From Octopus bimaculoides (Eukaryota), in contig NC_068986.1 in assembly GCF_001194135.2 (NCBI RefSeq), positions 111,096,726-111,160,725 on the forward strand: DNA of 64,000 nucleotides, in the 5' to 3' direction. Positions 53,152 through 64,000 of the stretch are shown here, one piece after another. Both the position numbers and the translations under genes were made by a program. Every line of letters starts with the position of its first letter. The first letter of the stretch is position 1. The notes below the pieces were generated by a model. That model worked only from the letters and a program-made list of their open reading frames with translations, was not told where the DNA came from and did no database searches.

Positions 53152-53427
53152 ACATATATATATATATATGTGTGTGGGGGTAGTAAATTAATACAAGCAT
53201 ATATATATAGTGTTGGTGTGCATGTGTATATATATTCATACATGACTGCAAGCCTACAGACCTATCTTATATAGATACTTGCGTATGTACATGAGTACAT
53301 ATATATATATATATATGTGTGTGGGGGTAGTAAATTAATACAAGCATATATATATAGTGTTGGTGTGCATGTGTATATATATTCATACATGACTGCAAGC
53401 CTACAGACCTATCTTATATAGATACTT
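53152..53427. repeat. 147-bp-period tandem duplication abutting a gap
   Basis: 53152-53280 and 53297-53427 are identical except for one AT unit. Confidence 0.9.
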
Positions 53428-53829
53428 NNNNNNNNNNNNNNNNNNNNNNNNNNNNNNNNNNNNNNNNNNNNNNNNNNNNNNNNNNNNNNNNNNNNNNNNN
53501 NNNNNNNNNNNNNNNNNNNNNNNNNNNNNNNNNNNNNNNNNNNNNNNNNNNNNNNNNNNNNNNNNNNNNNNNNNNNNNNNNNNNNNNNNNNNNNNNNNNN
53601 NNNNNNNNNNNNNNNNNNNNNNNNNATAATTTTATCATGAAGGACATTTTAATAACGGTTTCAGTCTTTGCAACTTTTTCAACTTACAGTAACGCGTGAA
53701 AAACAATTAAATGCGGAAAAATTAAATGGAATGTTTTTGTTTTTTCTAATATTTCCACAGTTTAGAAATGCAAGGGACATTGTCCTTTTTATTGTCTGTC
53801 TGTCTCTCACTCTCTCTTTTTTTACTCTT

Positions 53830-55940
53830 GGGACGGCTTGGTAGCATGTAGCAGGTAGTCTTAATATTTGCTATGAGTTCTTGGTCTTGAACGTGTAAGC
53901 AGTAGTAGTAGCTGGGGGAAGACACAAAGAAGAAGAAGAAGAAGAAGAAGAAGAAGAAGAATGCGGGAGTGGTATGACAGTAATAAGATGTTGCTGGAAT
54001 CCCCTTAAATGTTCAAGTGACCTAATAGTGACACGTTGTGGTTCTAAGAGTAGTGATTAGAATTGTTCTGAATAAATTGTTTTTCAAAGGATGGCGAACG
54101 GTTCGCTTCGATACAGTTTACAAACTCCCAGGTTGTTTTTGTGCGGGGTATCTTCATCGAAGACGGACCAGGATAGTGTATGGGGAATGATATGGGACTT
54201 GAAATTGTGTACGTTGCGAGAGAGGTAGATAGTTTACAAGTTCGATTGTAGAATTAGGTATGTGCGCTTGAAATTCATAGTGTTACTAATGTAAACACCT
54301 ACCAAGTGGGAACGTGGTGTTACTTCCTAGCATTCATAGACTACATTTTGCTTAACCAGTATCCTCCAAGAGGACAGTGTCAAAATACCCATAAATTGCA
54401 GGTCTACATACTTTCACTGAAGTTGGAATTCATCCTGAGAAAGCATTTGTTTCATTGCTATCAGTACAGGTGTTGGGTTGGGCGGGGTGTCACCGCTGCT
54501 ATATGTGGCCGTATTGGTAGTAATATGCTGAGTAGCATTAAGGTTAATATTATTGAATCAGGTGGCATTTCAAACGATTGTATTATTGTGGTGTGGTGGG
54601 GTTCAGAAGCGATACATCGTAGGCGCTAACATCATGCAGTAAATGTTTCGTCTGTTTGGAGGCAATTATTCTAAGTTATGCGAGTGGAGTAGGAGATTTA
54701 AATGGATGATTTATCGAAGATAGGAGGATGTTTATGTTGTGGTGGGAAATTGGAGTAAAACCTTAGGTAGAGACTTAACGTGAAGGGGGAAAGATGACGC
54801 TTCATAAATTATGGGACTAACAGCGCAGAGGTGTAGTGGGAGGGTCTACGTAACGAAGCTTGAGGTCATTATAACTTCGTGGTGGCCGGAGGGGCTGGCG
54901 AGTGCAATACGTTGGGTTTTTTTTTTTTAAGATTGATGAAAGTAATCTGGCGAGTCCAGCATTGGTAAAAGGAATGATATTGTGCGAGTTTAAGTTTAGT
55001 GATGGGGATATAAAAGTTCTTTCTGCAAAACCGTTGATTCGAGGAGCTTGTATATAAAACGGGGATGATTGTTAAAGATGTCTTTATTTGCTAAGTTAGA
55101 AATTCTAATAGAGATTCCGGTGACTATACTATTATGATTAAGTGAGAGTGAATAGAGAGGACGACGATATATATTGTAATGATTTATTGTGTTTATGGAA
55201 AGGGTAATACAAGAAATTGACAACTTTCCTATTATTTTCAAAAGAAGTAATTAGTTATAATTTTTAAAGTTTCTATGGAGTTCTCTTCGAGTGCGTTTCA
55301 TCACCAGTCGAGATAAACCATTGGCTGTAAGGAATGCATCATCGCAGGGCATACCTGCAGATAGGTTGAGAAAATGTTTATTGATCTGGGAAAGAAGGAA
55401 GAGACTAACCACGTCAGTAAATTGGATGACGTCGTATGAACCCATGCAAATCCACAGTCGAATTGCGGGTCCAGTAATTATCATTGAAGCATGTGTTTTT
55501 CCTAGCCACCAGGATGATGTCGATAACAGATCGGGAATGAATCCGAGTGATGACGTAGCAAGTACAATTAAAAAGAGGGAGATTAATCTTGTTCTTGATA
55601 GAGATAAGATTCGGTCGATTATGCATTTGCTAATTCGATCCATGTCTGGTTTTATGGCCCTTCACAGTGAATCAGGGAGTTTAGCGTGTATGTTTCAGTT
55701 CCATCCAGTAGTCCCAGATCCGCCATCAGCTTATAATAGTGGTTGTTATTGTCCTTAAGCACATTCACATCTGCATGCCTACTATTTCTAATTAGGCTCC
55801 TTGCACATAACGTTGGTAGGTGTTTCAACCGGGAGGGTGTAAAGAGTTCTAGCTCGGAGAGAAGAATTATGTGGCAGGGGCGGGGAGAATTTGTTATCTG
55901 AGATATACTCTTGGAAATAACCTTCAGGAAAGAATTGGTT
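53830..55940 (-). mobile_element. Degenerate, internally deleted Penelope-like element
   Basis: Minus-strand remnants in PLE order: N-terminal region, SLxKGxxFTP-like, RT remnants (MLSQDEFQLQ*KYVDLQFMG), the VPYH...PFA...KNL linker, and a possible GIY-YIG end (QELIANIKT). Confidence 0.5.
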
Positions 55941-56030
55941 TTATTATTTTGTTTCGCTCAAATAGTCTTATTTGTTTATTTACATTAATATCTCTCTCTA
56001 TCTCTCTCTTTCTACACACATGAGCGCGCG

Positions 56031-56138
<108 letters not shown>

Positions 56139-56659
56139 TATATGATACATAGATGCGTAGAAACAGATATATATTATATGTATGTGTATGTATATAAATA
56201 TTATAAGTGTATGTGCGTGCGTGTGTAAATGTATGTATACTAAAACTAGTAAATAGACAGAATATTTTGCATATTAAAACAGCATCCGTTCTGCTATTGG
56301 ACAATATTTGGCAAAATGCGTTTCCGCCAGCCACAGATCATCTAAGATTGTTATATTTTAATGGCGTCCTTGGTGGTTGCATTACTCGTAAAACAGGCTT
56401 GTACTATGTTGAAATCTCAGATTGCAAGAATATATGTCAAACACTAAGGGGACATTGAATAATTTCGCTAATATATAACCAATTTGGAACAATATATATA
56501 GATCGTTTCTTTCATTATTGATATGAAATTGACAAGTTTCATTATAATGAAACGGTCTAAATACTTCACACATCAAGATTATTTACAAATATTTATTACA
56601 ACTAAATCTCTAAATCACATATTACGTATGTTTGTGTTTTCACATATACACAGAGATGT

Positions 56660-56822
56660 ATAGGCATGGCTATCAGGCGACAAATGTCGCTTTTCCAGCA
56701 CTCGCTTTCAGGTCAGTCTCAATAGGTGACAAATTGTGTAAGTGTCTAACAAAATGGCCCTAGAGCGCCAATTTCCTAAGTAAACTTGATAGAAGGAAAT
56801 TGCGCTGAAGCCAGCCATGTGT
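56660..56822 (+). mobile_element. Very old SINE head/body
   Basis: ataggcatggct...caggtcagtctca...aagtgtct...gatagaaggaaattgcgctgaagcc follows the layout of the 35869 family. Confidence 0.5.
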
Positions 56823-56873
56823 ATAATTATGTATGTATGTATGTATGTATGTATATATATATATGATACCATA

Positions 56874-56937
<64 letters not shown>

Positions 56938-57029
56938 TTGTGTGTGTGTATGTGTGGGTGTGTGTGTACATATGCCTAGACGTATATAAATACATATGTG
57001 GGCACAGGAAGTCACGAAACGTGTACAAC

Positions 57030-58080
57030 AAAACATACGGAGTACGAGAACTTGGAATATAAACTATTTTTTCGAACAATGAAAGACAAAAACGGAAAAT
57101 AAGACAAACAACACAGAGAGCGACCCTTCATCAGTTGTTGTTTATTTTTCGACTCTCGTATGTCGAACATTTAACAACAAAATACGCTTTCGATAAAACA
57201 GTTACTCCTGTAAAGCAAACTGAATAAAATTTGTGGATTTTGCGGAGGGTCAAAATTGGTAACACAAACAGGACAGTGGAAACGAACAGGAAGGGCTGCT
57301 AAGCCTTAACGAAGTTGTGGTGCCGAACGCGTAAATTAAGCTTAGACAATAGAGAGAGAAGAACACGTCTTCCTTGACCCAGCTACAACGGAGAGAAAGA
57401 ATGAAATATAAGTTAAGAGATGAAAGATAACCGAAGGCCACGAGAGAGCCACATGAGCAAGGGAAGAAGAGTGAGGGAGAGAGAGTGGCACACACGGGGA
57501 GAAGGGGGAAAGCAAGAGTGGAGACATATAAGAATGCGTCTGGTCTCGGCAACAGACTGAAGGAAAAGAAAGATGATCACGTGAGGAACGGGAGCAACGA
57601 CAAAGAGTGAAGAAGGAAGAGGGCAAGAGAGACAGATAGAAAACGCTAAAGTGGAGAAAAAACATGAGCGAATGGATGAGAGAGAAAAAGAAAATGGGAA
57701 GAAGGGGAGAACAAAAAATTTACAGAAAGGAAGAGAAAGAGAAAACGAAAGGGGGAAAGGAAGAACAGTACGACTCTACTCTGTACTCTCTCTCTCACTT
57801 TCGTTTTCTCCGTCTTCCTTTATCTAAATCTTTTTCCCCCTTCTCCTCAAATTTCATTTTCGTTCCCAGTAGCAACTATTTTTCGAAGCTACATATTGTC
57901 GGGAATTGCTCGAAATGTGGAGTAGATAGACAGCCGACAAGTGATGAATGGTCGTTCTTTATGTTACTTGTCTCGATTTCCATTTGTTTCTCTCAATGTC
58001 CGCGCACCCAGGTTTGACATCGTATTTCCTGTTTTCAGATTTCGTAATCTATGTCGTTCTCTTATTTCTTGTTAATTACA
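57030..58080. mobile_element. Fold-back composite of two inverted copies of a non-coding (probably Penelope-associated) repeat
   Basis: 57670-57771 is reverse-complementary to 57783-57860, and 57060-57215 to 57865-58005. Confidence 0.6.
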
Positions 58081-59355
58081 TTTTGTGACGTCCTGTTCCC
58101 ATATATGCATATATATTAACACATCATACACTAATACATCTATTTGTTTTCTACATCACGTATCTNNNNNNNNNNNNNNNNNNNNNNNNNNNNNNNNNNN
58201 NNNNNNNNNNNNNNNNNNNNNNNNNNNNNNNNNNNNNNNNNNNNNNNNNNNNNNNNNNNNNNNNNTATATACCCACACACTTGAAATTTATACATAACAC
58301 ATCACAGAAATATTGTTATTTAGAGAGAAACTTTAGATTGTTCCATGCCAGCATATACTCATGTATATACATGTATATACTCATGTATATACATGTTTAC
58401 TTGTGGATGTGACTTTGTAAGTGTTTAAGCATACATTGTTTCGAAGTTTAGATTTTCTTATGGAAATTTTGCAAGTTGAGATGTTCTTGAACTTTTGTAC
58501 TTATATTAGAAATATATATCTCATCTTATTGGTCAATGAAAGGAAAGCCATCGAAAAATTTGATCTGAAGTCACTCCGACATCTTTTATTTAATTTGTTG
58601 TTATGAATTTACCCTTTTGTTGAGTTCAACCATAATTGATTTATATTTACAATGATTTAGCATAGAATTGTTTGTAAAAACTATGAGATAATGCAGTTGA
58701 TATTTAATCATGACGAATAATGTATGATGTCTTTTATTGTTCTGTTTTCGCGACAAACCAAGTTCCCCGCCAACACATTTTATCAAATAAAGCAATAGAA
58801 TGGGAATGAATACAATTTTCTAAGAAACAAATATTTTTTAAATTTTTTATTTTTAGTTTTGATTGGCAAAACCGAACATAAATTTGGTGCATACAGAGTG
58901 AGTCAGAGCTGTTGGCTGCAGGCTATTATTTTACTTTAACAAGGATGAAGCGTTCTATCAACGAACGTGAGATTGGCAGGAAAATATTATTATTTCATTC
59001 TATTCTATGGTTTCCATAGAAACATTTGCTTTCTCATCTAACGCACAAGACAGATTGACCTTCAACACACTTGAATATCTTTACAAACACTGATGCCACA
59101 ACATAGCAGGAAGTTGGTATTGTACTGTTTGGTACTGTTATCAATGCGTTTGTCGAGCGAATGGAGGCTTAAATACATTTAGTTATCGCAAAAAGAACTC
59201 TTGGAACATATAGATATAACAGCATTCTATCTATTATATTGGAATCAGCTAACCATCTTGGACGAAGGAATAATCAAATAAGGATTCCCAAAACAAGTTT
59301 TCCTCACACATAGAGATGTACACACAAGAACTATACATACATACACACACACACG

Positions 59356-59418
<63 letters not shown>

Positions 59419-60659
59419 GCATACATATTTACCTACATGCACAGATACATCTATGTGGGATGTGGGCTACGTGTGTAATGATACAGTTCGTCATGGATAA
59501 TACATTGTAACGCAGGTTTTCCTGGTTTGTTTATACTAAACTATCATCAGAAGGTAAGCATGACCTGTTACTAAAGTGCCCATGACAAAATACTTATTCA
59601 TACGCAGATCATTCTGATGTCTTATCCATGTTGTAAACAAACTATATACATGAGTGATTCCTGATATACAAAAGATTTTATGGCAAAAAAATGTCCTATG
59701 ATATTTCCAGATATTAAAAAAAAAGGTCTTCAAAAATAATACAAATATAGCAAAGGATTAAGAATTATATGGAAGTCCATTGATTAGATTATCAACATGC
59801 GATTACATAGTATTGAAAATGTAGATAAATGAATGTACAGAAGGGTTTCTTCTACGGATTGAAAATTACTAAAACATATAAATGATGATATAAAGCTAAC
59901 AAATGATTGCCAAAATAGAAGGGTCGAGAACCATTTAAAACTGATGTGGATGGCGTATGTTGTGTAATTGTTTTGTTCTTTTTGAAGTTCCCTATTATAT
60001 TTCCATACAATTACTAGATTAAATCATTAAGAATTTTAAGATGTAGAAAATACATTATATTCGTAGTTATAACGCATATCAAGTGTCAATTAAAAACCAT
60101 CTCGACAACCAGCTGCGAAATATAATTATTGCTCAAAACCGTGAAAATACTAGTGTAGAGATTTACACTACGTATTGAAACAAAAAAAAATGTAGTAGCA
60201 ATAAACTTCAATTGGACAAGTGATTCCATTCTCAGCTAAAAACAGCTGCAGGTTACACTTAAGTGCCATTTGGAGAATATTGCTTGCTTCAAACTTAAAG
60301 GCAGATTAAGCATTTTCGTATAAACACGAGATCTGTTCACTCAATAAAAATAAAACTTATAGCTAATACTAAAGTTAGAGTAAGGAGTTAATCTCGATCA
60401 ATGGAATAATAATATAATAATTATCAGTTCATAGTTAATATACAAAATAAAACCCAACTTTATTCCCATTATTATTAAAGATAACATCTGACGATCATTA
60501 TAACATGGTTTGCTATTGTATTTAACAATATAGATGTCAGTGCTCTAGATATTGTTATACCTATTTATAATTCTTTCTGCCTGTATTAAAATGCATGTAT
60601 AAAACAAATTCTTTCTATTGTAACATGATATATAGCAACGTTGCCTTGTACACATATAC

Positions 60660-60741
<82 letters not shown>
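60660..60741. repeat. (TA)n microsatellite directly upstream of the Penelope-like element
   Basis: Direct reading. Confidence 0.95.
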
Positions 60742-60742
<1 letters not shown>

Positions 60743-61870
60743 CTAATTTAGAGACAAACCACCATTCCACAACTCAGTCAATGAAGAACCTGTCCAAAAC
60801 CATGCTGTGAGACATATACCATACAAAATACTAATCTAATGAAATATCCACTCTCACTTATAGGCGAGGGAATTACGCGTGCCAAGAAATTAGACATAAA
60901 AAACACTAAGGACAACAAAACATAACACCGCACCTCATCTGAAAACAGTGCTGTATATATCAACCCTAGAAAAAATTGGGAATACAACGCTATTGTGCAA
61001 AATCTTCCTTTACTAAGTAAAGAACCAAAAATGAACATCTTGAAAGCACATAAATTCATCAAATGCAAAAAGCAGCACAAATGGCTAAAGAGACTTCTAA
61101 CAAATTCGAATCTTTACACAACAACCACGAAACCAACGGTTAAAAAAGTGGACGCCCAAATTGTGGAAGATGCCCCAAATTACTTGAGGGCTCGGATTTC
61201 CTTTTCAAACAAGGAGGTTCACAATTAAAACCAACTCCACTTGTGCCTCTGAGAACCTAATTTATATAATAATCTGCTCAGGTTGTGGACATCACTATAT
61301 AGGACAGACGAGTATGACATTGAGACGGAAGAAGCGCTTTACATAAAGAGCAGATCCAGTTCCCACAATACAGACATATTCCTTTAAAGAAACATATATG
61401 TGCAGGTAACATGAAACCAAATTTGACAGTTTTCCGCTTCTACCAGTGCAAAGATACTATTTCTTTAGAAGAACGTTTAAATAAAGAAAATGTTTTCATC
61501 CAAAAATATAGAACAGGTCTAAATAGGGACACATAACCAACTTTGATCTCTATACATGTTTCAATTCACGATTACATACCCATCTCTGTACATATTTCTC
61601 CCCACTAATCTAGTTTTTGAATTTTTGTGTGTATATGTATATATATATCCCCCCTCCCACCGTAAGATGAATAATAATCTCCCCTGTACACAATAATAAC
61701 GATAACCAATTTCCTCTGCTTAATTTGTTCTACTTGTTGAATTATTCATTCATAAGCTTCACAGACACCGTGGACAATAATTTAAAAAAAACATTTTCTT
61801 AAGAAAATGCGTATTCAAATAAATTTTAATTTCGTGATGAGCGAAAGCGAAACCGGTCGACAAATACAAT
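60742..61870 (+). mobile_element. Penelope-like element, 5'-truncated: RT C-terminus, linker, GIY-YIG endonuclease, 3' pLTR
   Basis: KYPLSLIGEGITRAKKLDI...KCKKQHKWLKRLL...(C)GRPNCGRC...TCASENLILYIICSGCGHHYIGQT (61296-61310)...FYQCKDTISLEERLNKENVFIQKY; several frameshifts. Confidence 0.9.
61826..61865 (+). ncRNA. Minimal type-I hammerhead ribozyme-like motif (C3-to-G substitution)
   Basis: GTGATGA (61834-40), GC-GAAA-GC stem II, GAAA (61849-52), palindromic ACCGGT helix III, GTC cleavage triplet (61856-58), gacaaat. Confidence 0.65.
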
Positions 61871-61884
61871 AGAAGACATACTCC

Positions 61885-62096
61885 CTCTTTTACTTGTTTC
61901 AGTCATTTGAGTGCAGCCATGCAGAAGCACCGCCTTTAGTCGAGCAAATCGACCCCAGGACATATTCTTTGGATGTCTACTACTTATTCTATCGGGCCCT
62001 ATTGCCGAACCGCTAAGTTACGGGGACGTAAATACACCAGCATCGGTTGTCAAGCGATGTTTTTTTTTGGGGGGAAAGATAGACACAAAAACATAT

Positions 62097-62127
<31 letters not shown>

Positions 62128-62290
62128 CGACGGGCTTCTTTCAGTTTCTGTCTACCAAATTCACTCACAAGGCTTTGGTCGGCCCGAGGCTATAGTAGAA
62201 GACACTTGCCCAAGATGCCACGCAGTGAGAATGAACCCGGAACCATGTAAGTAAGCAAACTACTTACCACACAGCCACTCCTGCTCCTAT
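61885..62290 (-). mobile_element. tRNA-derived SINE, full length
   Basis: Aligns end to end with the copies at 11889-12270 and 35869-36808. Confidence 0.92.
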
Positions 62291-63414
62291 ATTAAAAAAA
62301 TTATTAAACTGTGATGTGTGTGCATTTCCCTTCTTTAATTTCTTATATATATATATGTGTGTGTGTGTGTGTATATGATTGTATATAGTGTACTGGTTCG
62401 TGATGGTAAGGTAAAACAGTATGTACCCCAACTGGTGAGAGATAAATATTAGTTAATAAACAAAGTATATATTTTTAATGATCTGCTAATAGTTTTAAGC
62501 GATGAAATCAAACAGAATTTTATAACACTTCTGGTGCCTTCACGCAATTGTCACGCTCTGAAGATTTCGTGGAGCCCTTTTATAAAATGCTGAGCGGTTT
62601 CTTCCCATGAAACCATTAGTAGCTCATAAAAATATATACTGTGTTCATTAAGTAATACACACACGTAAACGCACACATATACACATACAAACACGTGCAC
62701 ACACACACAGATTCACACACAAGTACATATAAGCATATACTGGTAATTGTTTGATACGATGAACTTTACTAAACCCTGTAGCATGGACCCGGTAAACCAT
62801 TGTGCTGGAAAATCCTTGTTAAGTTGACCGTGACATCAAAGCGATAACACCTTACAATTTTAAGGAAAAGAACTAGTACCTATTAATATTGGAAACTTGT
62901 TCATAAAATCTTCCTTAGTGAAAACATTTCGTACAGACAGACAGTAAGATACATTCATATATAGATAAATAGACATAGATAGACTGATAGAGAGAGAGAT
63001 AGGATGGACATTTATAAATATGTAAATATATATTCACATATAATTATACAAAACACATAATATATATATATATATATATAAATGTAAAGCTTCTACATTT
63101 GGGTATAAAACGTGTAGTATGATATTTAAAGCCCGTTGACTGTATCGTCGGGCTTCGCACCCCACTATTCACTCCCATGCATAGAAATAACACGTATACG
63201 TGTGTCAACGTACAGTCTTTCATGCAAGGAGTATAATGTCAGTCATTGCTTATGGTGGCAAATGAGTGAAAATTTGCATACATTAGATACAATTTCAATA
63301 TCATGCCTATTATATTGTCTTGACAAAACATTTGCTTCTCGATAGATGTCTGACTAAACTAGAAATGCGAATAAGCGAATATATTTTTATGTGCCTATGT
63401 CAAAAGCGATGTGC

Positions 63415-63490
63415 GTTTTGGGATTGAGTTGTTCGACTAAAACCTTCAAGGTGGCGCCACAGTCCAATAAAACAAGTAAAAGAATAAACA
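63415..63490 (+). mobile_element. SINE 3' tail fragment
   Basis: ttgttcgactaaaaccttcaaggtgg...aaacaagtaaaagaata resembles the SINE tail at 36740-36808. Confidence 0.55.
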
Positions 63491-64000
63491 TGTTGCATGT
63501 GCTTGTGTGTGTGTGTGTGGGAGGGGTCGTATGCGTGTGTGTATTCCCACACAAAAGTACAGAAACACATGGGTATATATATAATTTTCTGTGAAAATTT
63601 AAAGGTAGCTTAGGGTCAGTTTGAATGTCTGATTTTGTCTTGCCTTTTATTTTTCCTACTGTCTTGGGTTGTTTCTTTTTTTTTGTGCTTATTTAAGCAT
63701 TTTACATCATCAGTGTAAAGTATTCTATTTCATTGATTGATTTATATTAATTTCAGATGCTTTTGCTTTTTATAAGTCAATTTATTGTATATACGAGAAG
63801 TGTTCTTCATTATAACCCAAGTTTCACGTATATACAAGTTGCACACTACAACCACTACAATGTATTCTAATCGAAATAAATTAAAAGGAGAGGAAAAAGC
63901 GACGTACCGTTCTGACATGTTACCTGGCAAAACACATCCGCATCTATGATGCACCACAAGTGTTTCTACAGTATTTCACCCGAAACGATCGTAGTTAATA

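Noticed and set aside
55690-55732. Minus-strand CTGATGG...GAAAC near the 5' end of the degenerate PLE
   Set aside because: A9 is mutated, stem II is not closed and there is no cleavage triplet; at most a relic.
57120-57135. CTGATGA plus hairpin on the minus strand (also ~9445 and ~57940)
   Set aside because: No downstream GAAA or stem III, so a hammerhead cannot be assembled from the sequence shown.
62549-62612. CTGAAGA...GAAAC
   Set aside because: The GAAAC is sequestered in a local ggtttc/gaaacc hairpin; wrong topology.
63924-63965. 42-nt minus-strand exon candidate (TLVVHHRCGCVLP), reminiscent of a cystine-knot C-terminal HxxCxC
   Set aside because: Weak acceptor, too short to assign, and at the window edge.

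Overview
AT-rich, microsatellite-dense eukaryotic DNA with 15 N-gaps. The tRNA-headed SINE families and repeat landscape look like an octopus or other coleoid cephalopod genome; this is inference from recalled repeat consensus, not a database hit. I cannot support any intact host protein-coding gene. Most ORFs in the supplied track are read-throughs of (CA)n/(TA)n/(TCTA)n arrays or of N-gaps. What is recognisable is decayed mobile DNA: an L1/Tx1-like ORF1 with a CCHC knuckle, CR1-like and RTE-like RT fragments, three R4/Dong-like (RLE) fragments, two mariner remnants, several Penelope-like (GIY-YIG) fragments and at least nine SINE copies. Best leads: (1) a minimal type-I hammerhead-ribozyme fold at the 3' end of the Penelope-like element (61826-61865), plus a variant-core relative at 47727-47764; (2) a ~104-nt pre-miRNA-like hairpin in apparently unique sequence (48833-48936); (3) R4/Dong-like copies bounded by (TACA)n arrays, suggesting microsatellite targeting; (4) a zero-spacer head-to-head SINE pair and a Penelope-associated fold-back, both potential long dsRNA; (5) weak promoter and splice-site candidates hinting at an unannotated long-intron gene or lncRNA.
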